A DNA stretch of 64,000 nucleotides from Acidobacteriota bacterium. GTDB taxonomy: Bacteria > Acidobacteriota > Blastocatellia > Pyrinomonadales > Pyrinomonadaceae. Below, piece by piece: positions 30,049-38,320 of the stretch. The translations under genes were made by a program, and so were the position numbers. The notes under the pieces are model-generated. The model saw nothing but the letters and a program-made list of their open reading frames with translations, ran no database searches and was not told the DNA's origin. The DNA is taken from positions 1,511-65,510 of the forward strand of contig JAVXWN010000054.1 of assembly GCA_032230645.1 (NCBI GenBank), given 5' to 3'. How positions within the stretch are numbered: the first letter of the stretch is position 1; the number at the start of each line of letters is the position of its first letter.

Positions 30049-30669
30049 TCAGTGCCACTCGCTGAAGCGGCGGGTACGAAATCGGTATAGCCTTAAAGGC
30101 GCGTCCGGTTTAATGCCGGCTTTTTTTGCCGCAATGCGGACTTGCAAATCGGCTGTCCTGATACTTTCGATGGCGGGTAGAAGTAGTCCGCGTCGTGAGC
30201 CTGAATGGTCTGACACAACAACGCCGAATACGGCAGGGTCTAAGTCCTCGAACCGGGCCGGCTCCAAAGTTCCGAGGACATCGACGGAGTAGCGCAGAGA
30301 GGGGAGTTCGTTTTCCGAAAGAGGTTGGAAGCGAGGGTCACGCGTAGCCGCCTTAATCGCGTTGGCGACTATCTCTTCGGCAAGGGTATTTTTCTCTGGC
30401 TCGACCGTGCCGATGCAGCCACGTAGTTCGCTGTCAATTGTCTTGATGGTGACGAAGCAGGCCAAGGGCTTGTTTAATAGTGACTTGGTTGAAGAAGTCA
30501 TGGGCTCGACGACCCAACGCCGCGAGATGAAGGTCTCAACTGCGCTCCGCGCCAGCGCAGGTATCTGGCTCTCGTCAGAGACGAGGTGAGAATCCTGTTC
30601 CTCCCTTATGTTCAAAGGTTGGGGTGGAATCGGGTTCGCGTTTTTGTTCTCTTTCGTCTTGAGATTCAT
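30049..30669 (-). CDS. AMMECR1 domain protein
   Basis: ACFVTIKT...LRGCIGT...PRF.PL core typical of AMMECR1. Confidence 0.8.
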   Translation of the reverse strand: MNLKTKENKNANPIPPQPLNIREEQDSHLVSDESQIPALARSAVETFISRRWVVEPMTSSTKSLLNKPLACFVTIKTIDSELRGCIGTVEPEKNTLAEEIVANAIKAATRDPRFQPLSENELPSLRYSVDVLGTLEPARFEDLDPAVFGVVVSDHSGSRRGLLLPAIESIRTADLQVRIAAKKAGIKPDAPLRLYRFRTRRFSEWH

Positions 30670-30672
30670 TGG

Positions 30673-31524
30673 TTAATTTAAGCTCGTGCCTGAAAGTTGC
30701 GCCACGAGATAGCCGACGCCGAAGGGCGCTTCGTAATGTATGACTTCGCACGCATTGACGGCATCGTCGCAAGCGCCCAGTGCGACGAGCATCGAACGGT
30801 AGCCGCACTCACCAGCGAGACGCCGCAGGCTCCGGTCGATGTGAAGGATGCGTCCGGGGCTGTTCTGACGGATTGCCTCTACCACCTCTTCGTCAAAGCG
30901 GTGCGCTTCCGCGTAGTGGCCTGCGGGCGCGTCGGGAATGAGGCGGTGACTCAGGTCGCCGCTGGCGATGAGAGCGACGGGATGTTCGACTCTCTCGACC
31001 GCGCGCCTGATACATCTGCCGAAGCTCACGTGCACTTCGTCGGGAAGAAAGCAGTAGCCGAGCGCGACAACCGCGCCGCGCCAGCCGTTACGCAGTAGAA
31101 AGTAGAGAGGCACAGCGGTGCCGTGATCCAGTTCGCGTGGCCCGAGCCGAGCGACGCCTATCTGTTCGCGGGCAGCGGCCTCTTCAATAGAGATGAGAAG
31201 TTCCGCGTCGAGGGGCGCTTCGACGATTGCCTGCGGGGCGCGGAAGTTGGCAAAATCTCCGCGCAGTTGCGCGCCGTCGTAGGCTACGAAGGTGTTATTC
31301 TCAAGCGGGGCGTGCGGCGAGATGAGTATGACCGTCCGCGCACCGCTGGCTTTGACTCGGTCTGACAGGTCGCGCATAGCGGCGATGGATGCGCGCACTT
31401 CGTCAGCCTGTGCGCCGCCGACTTCGGGTACCATCACAGGCGGGTGCGGGGCGATACCGACGAATACGAGAGGACTGCCGTTCATAACTTCAACACTGAC
31501 TTCTGAGCGGAGTTCTTTCGACAA
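30673..31524 (-). CDS. class III extradiol dioxygenase subunit B-like (LigB/MEMO superfamily) protein
   Basis: GIAPHPPVMVPE, ILISPHAP, DHGTAVPL and SGDLSHRL motifs. Its stop lies 3 nt upstream of the AMMECR1 start. Its own start is uncertain (TTG at 31524 or ATG at 31485). Confidence 0.7.
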   Translation of the reverse strand: MSKELRSEVSVEVMNGSPLVFVGIAPHPPVMVPEVGGAQADEVRASIAAMRDLSDRVKASGARTVILISPHAPLENNTFVAYDGAQLRGDFANFRAPQAIVEAPLDAELLISIEEAAAREQIGVARLGPRELDHGTAVPLYFLLRNGWRGAVVALGYCFLPDEVHVSFGRCIRRAVERVEHPVALIASGDLSHRLIPDAPAGHYAEAHRFDEEVVEAIRQNSPGRILHIDRSLRRLAGECGYRSMLVALGACDDAVNACEVIHYEAPFGVGYLVAQLSGTSLN

Positions 31525-31697
31525 GGGGGACTAAAACTCGAACGGGAATTTCGGCGTCTAAAAGCGACGCAACAAAGTCAAGGGACTTGCAGGGGTTGGC
31601 AGAGATTCTAACACAACAGAAGTTTTCTATGACAAGGGTGCGGGCGAGCATGACAGGCGACGAGTAAAGTCGTGTCTGAACGTGTTCGAGGAGAGAC

Positions 31698-32912
31698 GTG
31701 GCAGGCGGTAGCAAAAAATTCGATGTGTTAATAGTCGGGGCCGGTCCCGCAGGTTCGTTCGCGGCTGAGAAGCTTGCGCGCGGTGGGGCGCGTGTGGCGC
31801 TCTTCGATGGAAGGCCCGCGCGCGAGGCGAAGGCGTGCGGCGGCGGCGTCACGTCAAAGGCACTCAAGGCTTGGCCGTTTCTGCTCGAAGCAGGCGGACG
31901 CACCGTGACCGAGGTGGAGATGATTTCGCCGACAGGTGAAGGCGTTCGGCTCAAGCTGGCCGAGCCGTTCGCGGTCTACTCGCGTTGCGCCTTCGACTCC
32001 TACCTGCGCGAGCGCGCGCGGAGAGCCGGGGCCGAGGTCTTCAAGTGTCGCGTCTCCGCGTCTACTGAAAAGGACTCTGAAGGTCGCTGGATCATGCGTG
32101 AACGCGGAGGTCAGAGTTGGAGTGGCGTTGTGCTGGCGGCGGCAGACGGCGCGAACAGCGCTATCGCGCGGCGGCTTGCGGGCCCACTACCGAACTCGGA
32201 TATGGAAGTCGCGTTCGGCTATCGCACCCCTCTGAACGAGGCGGACGAGGCTCCGACGGTCATCGCCTTTCTGCCGGGCTGGGCCGGTTACGCTTGGGCC
32301 TTCCCGCGCCTCGACCACATCTCTTTCGGCATCGCTACCGCGCAGGACGCTTTCGACCATAAGGCTCTCGACCGGATGCTCTGGGACTTCATGGCCAGCT
32401 ACTACCGTGCGCGCGAAGAGGACGCGTCGCCGTCGGCGCACAAAGAGAAAGTGTGCGCGCTCGATGTAGAGGAGAAGCTACGTGCGGTCGCCGAGCGTTA
32501 CGCGGCGCGCATACCCGGGCTCGCGCCGGAGTCGTTCGATAAACGGCGCGCGGCGGGCGAGGATTGGGCGCTGCTGGGCGACGCGGCGGGCTTCGCAGAC
32601 CCGGTGACGGGGGAAGGGATTTACTACGCGCTTCGCTCGGCGGAGCTTTTCGCGGAAGCTTTTCTCGCGGGTGACGTGAAGGCTTACGAAACGAATTGGC
32701 GCGCCGACTTTGGACGCGAGTTGCGACGCGCATCGCGGATGCGCCGAAGGTTCTACGGAAACTTCTGGGGCGGGCCTTTCACGGGCCGGATGATTAAACT
32801 CGCGCGGGCGCACCCCGGCATCCGGCGCACGCTGCGCGAACTCGTCACGGGCGATCAGGGCTACGTTGATCTCAAGCGCACGCTTGCCCGCCGCGTCTTC
32901 AATCCATTTTAG
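31698..32912 (+). CDS. geranylgeranyl reductase-family FAD-dependent oxidoreductase
   Basis: FDVLIVGAGPAGSFAAEKLARGGARVALFD, ACGGGV and GDAAGFADPVTGEGIYYA. Confidence 0.75.
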   Translation: MAGGSKKFDVLIVGAGPAGSFAAEKLARGGARVALFDGRPAREAKACGGGVTSKALKAWPFLLEAGGRTVTEVEMISPTGEGVRLKLAEPFAVYSRCAFDSYLRERARRAGAEVFKCRVSASTEKDSEGRWIMRERGGQSWSGVVLAAADGANSAIARRLAGPLPNSDMEVAFGYRTPLNEADEAPTVIAFLPGWAGYAWAFPRLDHISFGIATAQDAFDHKALDRMLWDFMASYYRAREEDASPSAHKEKVCALDVEEKLRAVAERYAARIPGLAPESFDKRRAAGEDWALLGDAAGFADPVTGEGIYYALRSAELFAEAFLAGDVKAYETNWRADFGRELRRASRMRRRFYGNFWGGPFTGRMIKLARAHPGIRRTLRELVTGDQGYVDLKRTLARRVFNPF

Positions 32913-32965
32913 TCCGACTCGTTTAGTCCTACTCGACAACGATCACGACGCGCTTCCTCACCGTC

Positions 32966-33439
32966 TTACCGTTTAAGCTCATCATGGTCGCTGCTTTCGT
33001 TCACGCCGGGTTGCGTGTACGGGGCGAGGCGACGTTTTAGCTCGTCGGGCACAGGCACGGACTCGAAGGTGTTGCGGCGAACGGCGACGAGGACGAAGTG
33101 CGCTTCGGCAATCAGTTCCTCGCCGCCGTTTCTCCGCACCTCGAAGTTTAGACGCAGCGACTTTGTGCCGACGCGGCCGACATAGACGCAGACCTCCAGC
33201 AGATCGTCGAGCTGTGCGGCGCGATGAAAGTCACATTCCAGGTGCGCGCGCGGCAGCCATATGTCCAGCTCGTCGAACATCACGCCGTAGGGCAGGCCGA
33301 CGGCGCGGAACAGCTCGGTCTCGGCGAACTCGAAGAAGCGTATGTATGCGCCATAGAAGATGATTCGCGCAGCGTCCACGTCACCCCAGCGGACGCGCTC
33401 CTCAATCCGATATTTCCAGTGTTCGTTCACGTCAATCAT
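32966..33439 (-). CDS. acyl-CoA thioesterase (4HBT/YbgC-like hotdog fold)
   Basis: 157 aa with RVRWGDVDAARIIFYGAYIRFFE. Confidence 0.75.
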   Translation of the reverse strand: MIDVNEHWKYRIEERVRWGDVDAARIIFYGAYIRFFEFAETELFRAVGLPYGVMFDELDIWLPRAHLECDFHRAAQLDDLLEVCVYVGRVGTKSLRLNFEVRRNGGEELIAEAHFVLVAVRRNTFESVPVPDELKRRLAPYTQPGVNESSDHDELKR

Positions 33440-33446
33440 TTCGCTT

Positions 33447-34628
33447 TCAAGAGGCCATAAGGTTTTTGCGGCCGAGCGCCTCGGCGTAGACGCGCTCGGT
33501 CGCTTCGACCATACGTGTGATGTCGAATCGCTCTCGCGCCGTCTCGCGCGCGCGCGTGCCTAGTAAGAGCCGGAGCCCTTCGTCTTCAAGCAGCGAGGCG
33601 ACGGCCGCAGCAAGCGCGCGCACATCGCCCAAGGGTACGAGCAAGCCGGTTGCACCCTCTTCGACTATCTCACGCGCGCCCTCGGTCGCGGTCGCGACGA
33701 CGGGGACTCCGCACGCCATCGCCTCGACCATCGCGATGCCAAAGGCTTCGGAGCGCGAGGCGGAGACGAACAGGTCGAGCGACGACAAGAGGCGCGGCAC
33801 TTCTTCTTCGTTGAGTCGTCCGAGAAGACTTACGCGCTTTGACAGTCCCAACTCGGAGATGAGCCGTTCGATACGTGCGCGCGGCTCGCCGTCGCGAGAA
33901 GCGTCACCGCCCGCGATGACGAACGCGACCGCATCGCCGAACCTTTCGACGACGAGCGACGCGGCACGCACGAACTCCTCCTGCCCTTTGACCGCGCTCA
34001 ACTCGCCGATGATGCCGACGCGCAAAGGGCGGCGAGTCGAACCACGCTCGGCCTCAACACGCTCCTGCTCATACTCGTCACTTGATTGCTTAAAGTCTTC
34101 ACTTGCTTGCTCAAGCTCCGCGCGCGCTCTCTCGAAACGTCGCACGTCTATGCCGTTCGTGACGACACGAATCTTATCGTCGTCGAAAATCTTCTGCGCA
34201 CGGAGCGAGCGCGCGACGGCTTGGGAGACGGCTATGACGCGCGAGACGTTCGAGAGCGCGAGGCGGTGCGCGCGGGCGAGAGGGAAGAGGACGTGGCGCG
34301 TGATGACGAGTCGAGTCGAAGGCACGCGGCGCGTGGCGAAGGCTGCAAGTGTGTAGTCACGTGCGACGTGCGCGTGGATGATGTCAACGCGATTCTCTCT
34401 CGCGATACGCGCAAGGCGCAGCGCGCCCGGAAGGTCGAGAGCGTTGCGCAGAGGCAGCGTGAAGACGTTATTCGCAGGGAGGACAGCGAGTCTTTCATGA
34501 AGCGGTGATCGTTCGGCGAGCGCGACGAAGAGTTCGTGGCCGCGCGCCGCCAGACCGCGCGTGAGGTCGCAGAGGTGGCGCTCGCCGCCCCCGAACGCGC
34601 GCGCCGAACTGACGTGGAGGACTCTCAT
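33447..34628 (-). CDS. glycosyltransferase family 4
   Basis: MRVLHVSSARAFGGGERH at the N-terminus and SEAFGIAMVEAMACGVPVVAT (an E-x7-E region). Confidence 0.85.
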   Translation of the reverse strand: MRVLHVSSARAFGGGERHLCDLTRGLAARGHELFVALAERSPLHERLAVLPANNVFTLPLRNALDLPGALRLARIARENRVDIIHAHVARDYTLAAFATRRVPSTRLVITRHVLFPLARAHRLALSNVSRVIAVSQAVARSLRAQKIFDDDKIRVVTNGIDVRRFERARAELEQASEDFKQSSDEYEQERVEAERGSTRRPLRVGIIGELSAVKGQEEFVRAASLVVERFGDAVAFVIAGGDASRDGEPRARIERLISELGLSKRVSLLGRLNEEEVPRLLSSLDLFVSASRSEAFGIAMVEAMACGVPVVATATEGAREIVEEGATGLLVPLGDVRALAAAVASLLEDEGLRLLLGTRARETARERFDITRMVEATERVYAEALGRKNLMAS

Positions 34629-34678
34629 AAAGTGGAAAGGCAAAGGGCGAAAGGTACAAGTCGGAACAGTGCTGCGCC

Positions 34679-34716
34679 CTGAATCTTTCAGGCTCGTCGC
34701 TCGCTGAATCTTTCAG
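34679..34716. promoter_or_regulatory. two copies of the palindromic 13-mer CTGAATCTTTCAG, 25 bp apart
   Basis: Copies at 34679..34691 and 34704..34716, in the divergent GT4 / beta-propeller intergenic region. Confidence 0.5.
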
Positions 34717-34793
34717 ACTACGGAGTAGCAAGCAATGACGAAATTATAACCGAGAAGGATTTTAATGCCTCAACGCAAGCGGCGTGATGTTTT

Positions 34794-36080
34794 ATGTTGC
34801 GCCGCGAGTGGCTCGCGAATATGATGCGCCGCATGAAAAGGATGAACCCTGCAACCGCGCTCGCCGTCGCGGGCGTGCTCATAATACTTTTCGCCTCTCA
34901 CGCTCACGGCCGGACGCGAAGCGCGGGGCCGTCTCCGTCTCAGTGTAACGCGCCCGCCCCTTCGCCGGTCTCATACGTCCCGCTGCCCGGCCACCCGTTC
35001 AGCACCGTCTCGACCCCGGACGGATGCTGGCTCTTTGTTTCAGTCACGACATCGAATCCGAAGTCGTTCAACGGCGTCGCAATGCTCCGTCGCTCAAGCG
35101 GGCAAGTCACACTCTCGAAGGTCTTCCCCGTTGAAGGCGAGCCGACGGGGATGGTGTTGACGCACGACGGCAAGATGCTCATCGTGGCGGACGGTGACTT
35201 TGTAGTCTTCATGGATGTGGCGCGGATGACCTCGGGCAGTGGAGACCCGATACTGGGCTTCATCAGCGATGGCGACTTCCCCGGCAGCGTCTATGCCAAC
35301 GTGACGACCGACGACCGCCTTCTCTTCGTCAGCGATGAGGCGATAGAGGCCATCACGGTTATCAACCTTCAGAAGGCGCGCGCCGAAGGTTTTAAGGAGA
35401 GCGCCATCGTCGGCAAGATACCAACGGGCAACGCACCCATCGCGCTCACGTTCTCGCCCGATGGGCGCTGGCTCTACACGACCAGCCAGATAGCGCCAAG
35501 GGACTACGGGTGGCCCGTCGAGTGCAAGCCCGAGGGCGCAGACCCGGCGACCGCCACGCCGCGCAACCCGCAGGGCGCAATCATCGTCGTGGACGTTCAG
35601 CACGCCGCGACCGATCCGGCGAACTCCATCGCCGCGCGCATCCCCGCCGGTTGCAGCCCCGTGCGCATGGGCATCACGCCCGGCGGCGAACGCGTCTTCG
35701 TCACGGCGCGCAACAGCAACGCGCTGCTCGGCTTCGACACTTCAAAGTTCATGAGCGACCCGGCGCACGCGCTCGTCGGCACGGTGCCCGTCGGCTCGTC
35801 GCCCGTGGGCGTGGCCGTCGTCAACGAGGGCAAGCTCGTTATCGTCACCAACTCGAACCGCTTCTCTAAGGAGAGGCTGGCGCGGCAGACGTTGACCGCG
35901 ATAGACGCGTCGAAGGTCGGCGCGGGCGCGGCGGCTGTGTTGGGTAGCATACCCGCGGGCGCGTTCCCGCGCGAGTTCGGACGCTCGCCTGACGGGCAGA
36001 CGCTCTTTGTCGCTAACTACATCTCGAACGAGTTAGAGGTGCTTGACCTCGCACGACTCCCGTTGACGCGACAGCAGTAA
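34794..36080 (+). CDS. secreted beta-propeller repeat protein (YNCE/YVTN-like)
   Basis: Signal peptide followed by repeated units such as P.G...SPDG..L.V. Confidence 0.6.
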   Translation: MLRREWLANMMRRMKRMNPATALAVAGVLIILFASHAHGRTRSAGPSPSQCNAPAPSPVSYVPLPGHPFSTVSTPDGCWLFVSVTTSNPKSFNGVAMLRRSSGQVTLSKVFPVEGEPTGMVLTHDGKMLIVADGDFVVFMDVARMTSGSGDPILGFISDGDFPGSVYANVTTDDRLLFVSDEAIEAITVINLQKARAEGFKESAIVGKIPTGNAPIALTFSPDGRWLYTTSQIAPRDYGWPVECKPEGADPATATPRNPQGAIIVVDVQHAATDPANSIAARIPAGCSPVRMGITPGGERVFVTARNSNALLGFDTSKFMSDPAHALVGTVPVGSSPVGVAVVNEGKLVIVTNSNRFSKERLARQTLTAIDASKVGAGAAAVLGSIPAGAFPREFGRSPDGQTLFVANYISNELEVLDLARLPLTRQQ

Positions 36081-36117
36081 CGCGCGCGACACGGTTACAC
36101 CTTCGCGCTCCGCTTTG

Positions 36118-36786
36118 TTATTGCGCCGCGAGCGGTGATGAGTCGTAGTGCGCGAGGAGGTCTGCGGCGTCGCGGTAGATGCGAATGCACCCGGCGGCGC
36201 GCAGGTCTTCTTCGGGGAAGCCGCCGCTGAGGAAACCGATTGTTTTGATGCCGGCCTTGCCTGCGGCTTCCGCATCGTAGGGCGTGTCGCCGACGGCGAT
36301 TGCCTCGGCGGGCTCCGGGTCGCCGAGACGTGCGAGCGCGGCCTCGAAGATGTCCGGGTGCGGCTTCGACTTGTCGGCGTCGTCGGCCGATGTCTCCTCT
36401 TCGACGAGGTCTTCGATGTCGGCAATCTTTTTGTAAGCCTTCAACTCGTCGGCCTTGGCCGATGAGGCCAGCGCGGTCTGAAGCCCTTCGCGTTTGACCC
36501 GCTCGAACAACTCGCGCACCGCGGGGAAGCTCTTCACGCGCGGCAGGTAGTCGCGCTTGAAGAGTTCGCCACGATACTCTTCAAGCTTCTCACCGAAATC
36601 GTCTATCTCCTCTTTCGAGAGAAAGACGGGCAGCAGTTGGTCGCCGCCCTTGCCTATCTGGTAGCGCACGCGCTCGTATTCAACCCGCTTGCCGAAGTGC
36701 GCCAGCGCCTCCTGCCATGCGCGCGCATGAAGGTCTACGGAGTCGATGAGCGTCCCGTCCACGTCGAAGATGACCGCCTTAATCAC
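36118..36786 (-). CDS. HAD-superfamily hydrolase (beta-phosphoglucomutase-like subfamily IA)
   Basis: VIKAVIFDVDGTLIDS, SSA...K and AVGDTPYD. I trimmed the start to the GTG at 36784..36786, which lies downstream of a GGGAG. Confidence 0.8.
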   Translation of the reverse strand: MIKAVIFDVDGTLIDSVDLHARAWQEALAHFGKRVEYERVRYQIGKGGDQLLPVFLSKEEIDDFGEKLEEYRGELFKRDYLPRVKSFPAVRELFERVKREGLQTALASSAKADELKAYKKIADIEDLVEEETSADDADKSKPHPDIFEAALARLGDPEPAEAIAVGDTPYDAEAAGKAGIKTIGFLSGGFPEEDLRAAGCIRIYRDAADLLAHYDSSPLAAQ

Positions 36787-37153
36787 TTGAATCTCCCATG
36801 CGAAAGTTTGAATTGCGATGAGTGCGAAGGCACGCGTTATACCAACGCGCTCTCGCACGCGTCGCGGTGCGTGTGCGCCTCGTGTGAAGCTCGCCATGAC
36901 GCCGAACAGAACACAGGCGCGGTTGCTCGTTCCGCTTTGGTACGCGGCCCGTGTCGCGCAGTCGCGCTCGAAGCGCGCCCCGCTTGGTTCTATCGCCTTG
37001 TGATTCGCCGTCATCGTCGCGCGCGCTTGGGAGGGCAGAGTCGGCACGGGGCTTGCCGGAGTGTGAGCGTGGATAAGTCTCTTTAGTATGCCCCGTGTGA
37101 CTCGTCCCCGAGTCGCGGGCCGAGTCGTTTGAAGCAGAGTAGAGGAGTCTATT

Positions 37154-37654
37154 ATGGCAAAACTTGTGACCGGAGTTTTCAAGACGCGCGTGGCGGCCGA
37201 GGCAGCCGTGGACGCAATCATCAAGCGCGGATATACGCGCGACGACATCAGCGTGCTGATGTCCGACGCAACCAAGTCGAAAGAGTTCGCCATCGAGACG
37301 CGCACGCACGCGGCTGACGGGCTCGGCTACGGCGCGGCCGTGGGCGGGACGGTCGGCGCGGTGGTGGCGGCAATCATCGCTGTCGGCACGAACGTTGTGC
37401 TGCCCGGATTAGGGCTCGTAGTCGCGGGGCCTCTGGCGGCGGCATTGGCGGGCGCGGGCGCGGGAGGCGCGGCGGGTGGGCTTATCGGTGCGCTTGTCGG
37501 CGCGGGCATCCCTGAACATCGTGCGAAAGTCTACGACGCTTCTTTGCGCGCCGGAGGCATTCTCATCGGCATCGAGTCCAAGACTGACGAGGAGGCCGAC
37601 AAGCTTGAAGAGCTTCTTAAAGACCTCGGCGCGGATTACATTCGTCAGGAGTAA
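37154..37654 (+). CDS. general-stress-type protein with a glycine-zipper hydrophobic core
   Basis: The N-terminus KLVTGVFKTRVAAEAAVDAIIKRGYTRDDISVL is YflT-like. The centre is Gly/Ala-rich. Confidence 0.5.
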   Translation: MAKLVTGVFKTRVAAEAAVDAIIKRGYTRDDISVLMSDATKSKEFAIETRTHAADGLGYGAAVGGTVGAVVAAIIAVGTNVVLPGLGLVVAGPLAAALAGAGAGGAAGGLIGALVGAGIPEHRAKVYDASLRAGGILIGIESKTDEEADKLEELLKDLGADYIRQE

Positions 37655-37665
37655 CGATGAACGCC

Positions 37666-37722
37666 GTAATGAGGAACGATGAGCTGAAGACAGCTTGTCT
37701 TTAGTTCATCGTTCCTCATTAC
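37666..37722. terminator. long hairpin between convergent genes (17-bp perfect outer stem)
   Basis: GTAATGAGGAACGATGA (37666..37682) pairs with TCATCGTTCCTCATTAC (37706..37722). The interior is also largely complementary. Confidence 0.6.
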
Positions 37723-37769
37723 TTCTTCAAAGATGGCTTTGTCTTTGAAGGTTAAGTTTAAGGGAGGCG

Positions 37770-37982
37770 TTAGCGTTTGATGGCGTCGCCCGCGTCTTCG
37801 AGCATGTCGCCGACCTTGCGCTTGGCTCCGCCAAAGCCTTCCTGCACATCGCCCTTGAGCTTGTCGGCTGAACCTTCGGAGCGCAACTTGTCGTCGCCTG
37901 TCAGATTGCCCAAGCCTTCCTTGATCGAGCCCTTGGCCTGATCGAATTTGCCTTCTATCTCGTCCTTGTTCGGAGCACCCAT
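37770..37982 (-). CDS. csbD: CsbD-family stress response protein
   Basis: MGAPNKDEIEGKFDQAKGSIKEGLGNLTGDDKLRSEG...; a GGAGG ribosome-binding site lies upstream of the ATG at 37982. Confidence 0.8.
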   Translation of the reverse strand: MGAPNKDEIEGKFDQAKGSIKEGLGNLTGDDKLRSEGSADKLKGDVQEGFGGAKRKVGDMLEDAGDAIKR

Positions 37983-38254
37983 TTGCGTTAATCCTCCTTC
38001 GATAATTTGAATGCGGGAGAGCGCACGAAATCTCACTCTTCGCACGAAGAAGAGGGCAACGTTCATGCCAACCGCCCGTCTCTTCAGAGAGTCGCATCGA
38101 AAGGTATTGTGTCGCGCGGAGATGCGGTCTTGGGGCCGGTGTGAGTTGAGCGGATGGGAGCACGTGGCGGGGGTTCGTTTTCATACGTTAGAGACTGGTG
38201 GTGCGGCCTGTCTTGAGACGAGGCGCGCTCGAATCTCTGACCTCATGCACAAAT

Positions 38255-38291
38255 AAAAAAGGGGCGCGCACCCGTTTGAGGTGCGCGCCCC
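38255..38291 (-). terminator. rho-independent terminator of the TonB-dependent receptor
   Basis: GGGGCGCGCAC / GTGCGCGCCCC stem with a T-run on the minus strand. Confidence 0.8.
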
Positions 38292-38320
38292 TTTGAGTGG
38301 AGCGCCTCCGAGCTTCGACT

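Noticed and set aside
36787-37305. The N-terminal 173 codons of the 395-aa track ORF 36118..37305.
   Set aside because: The HAD fold begins at VIKAVIFDVDGT, with a GGGAG ribosome-binding site and a GTG at 36786. The upstream part is low-complexity with no motif.
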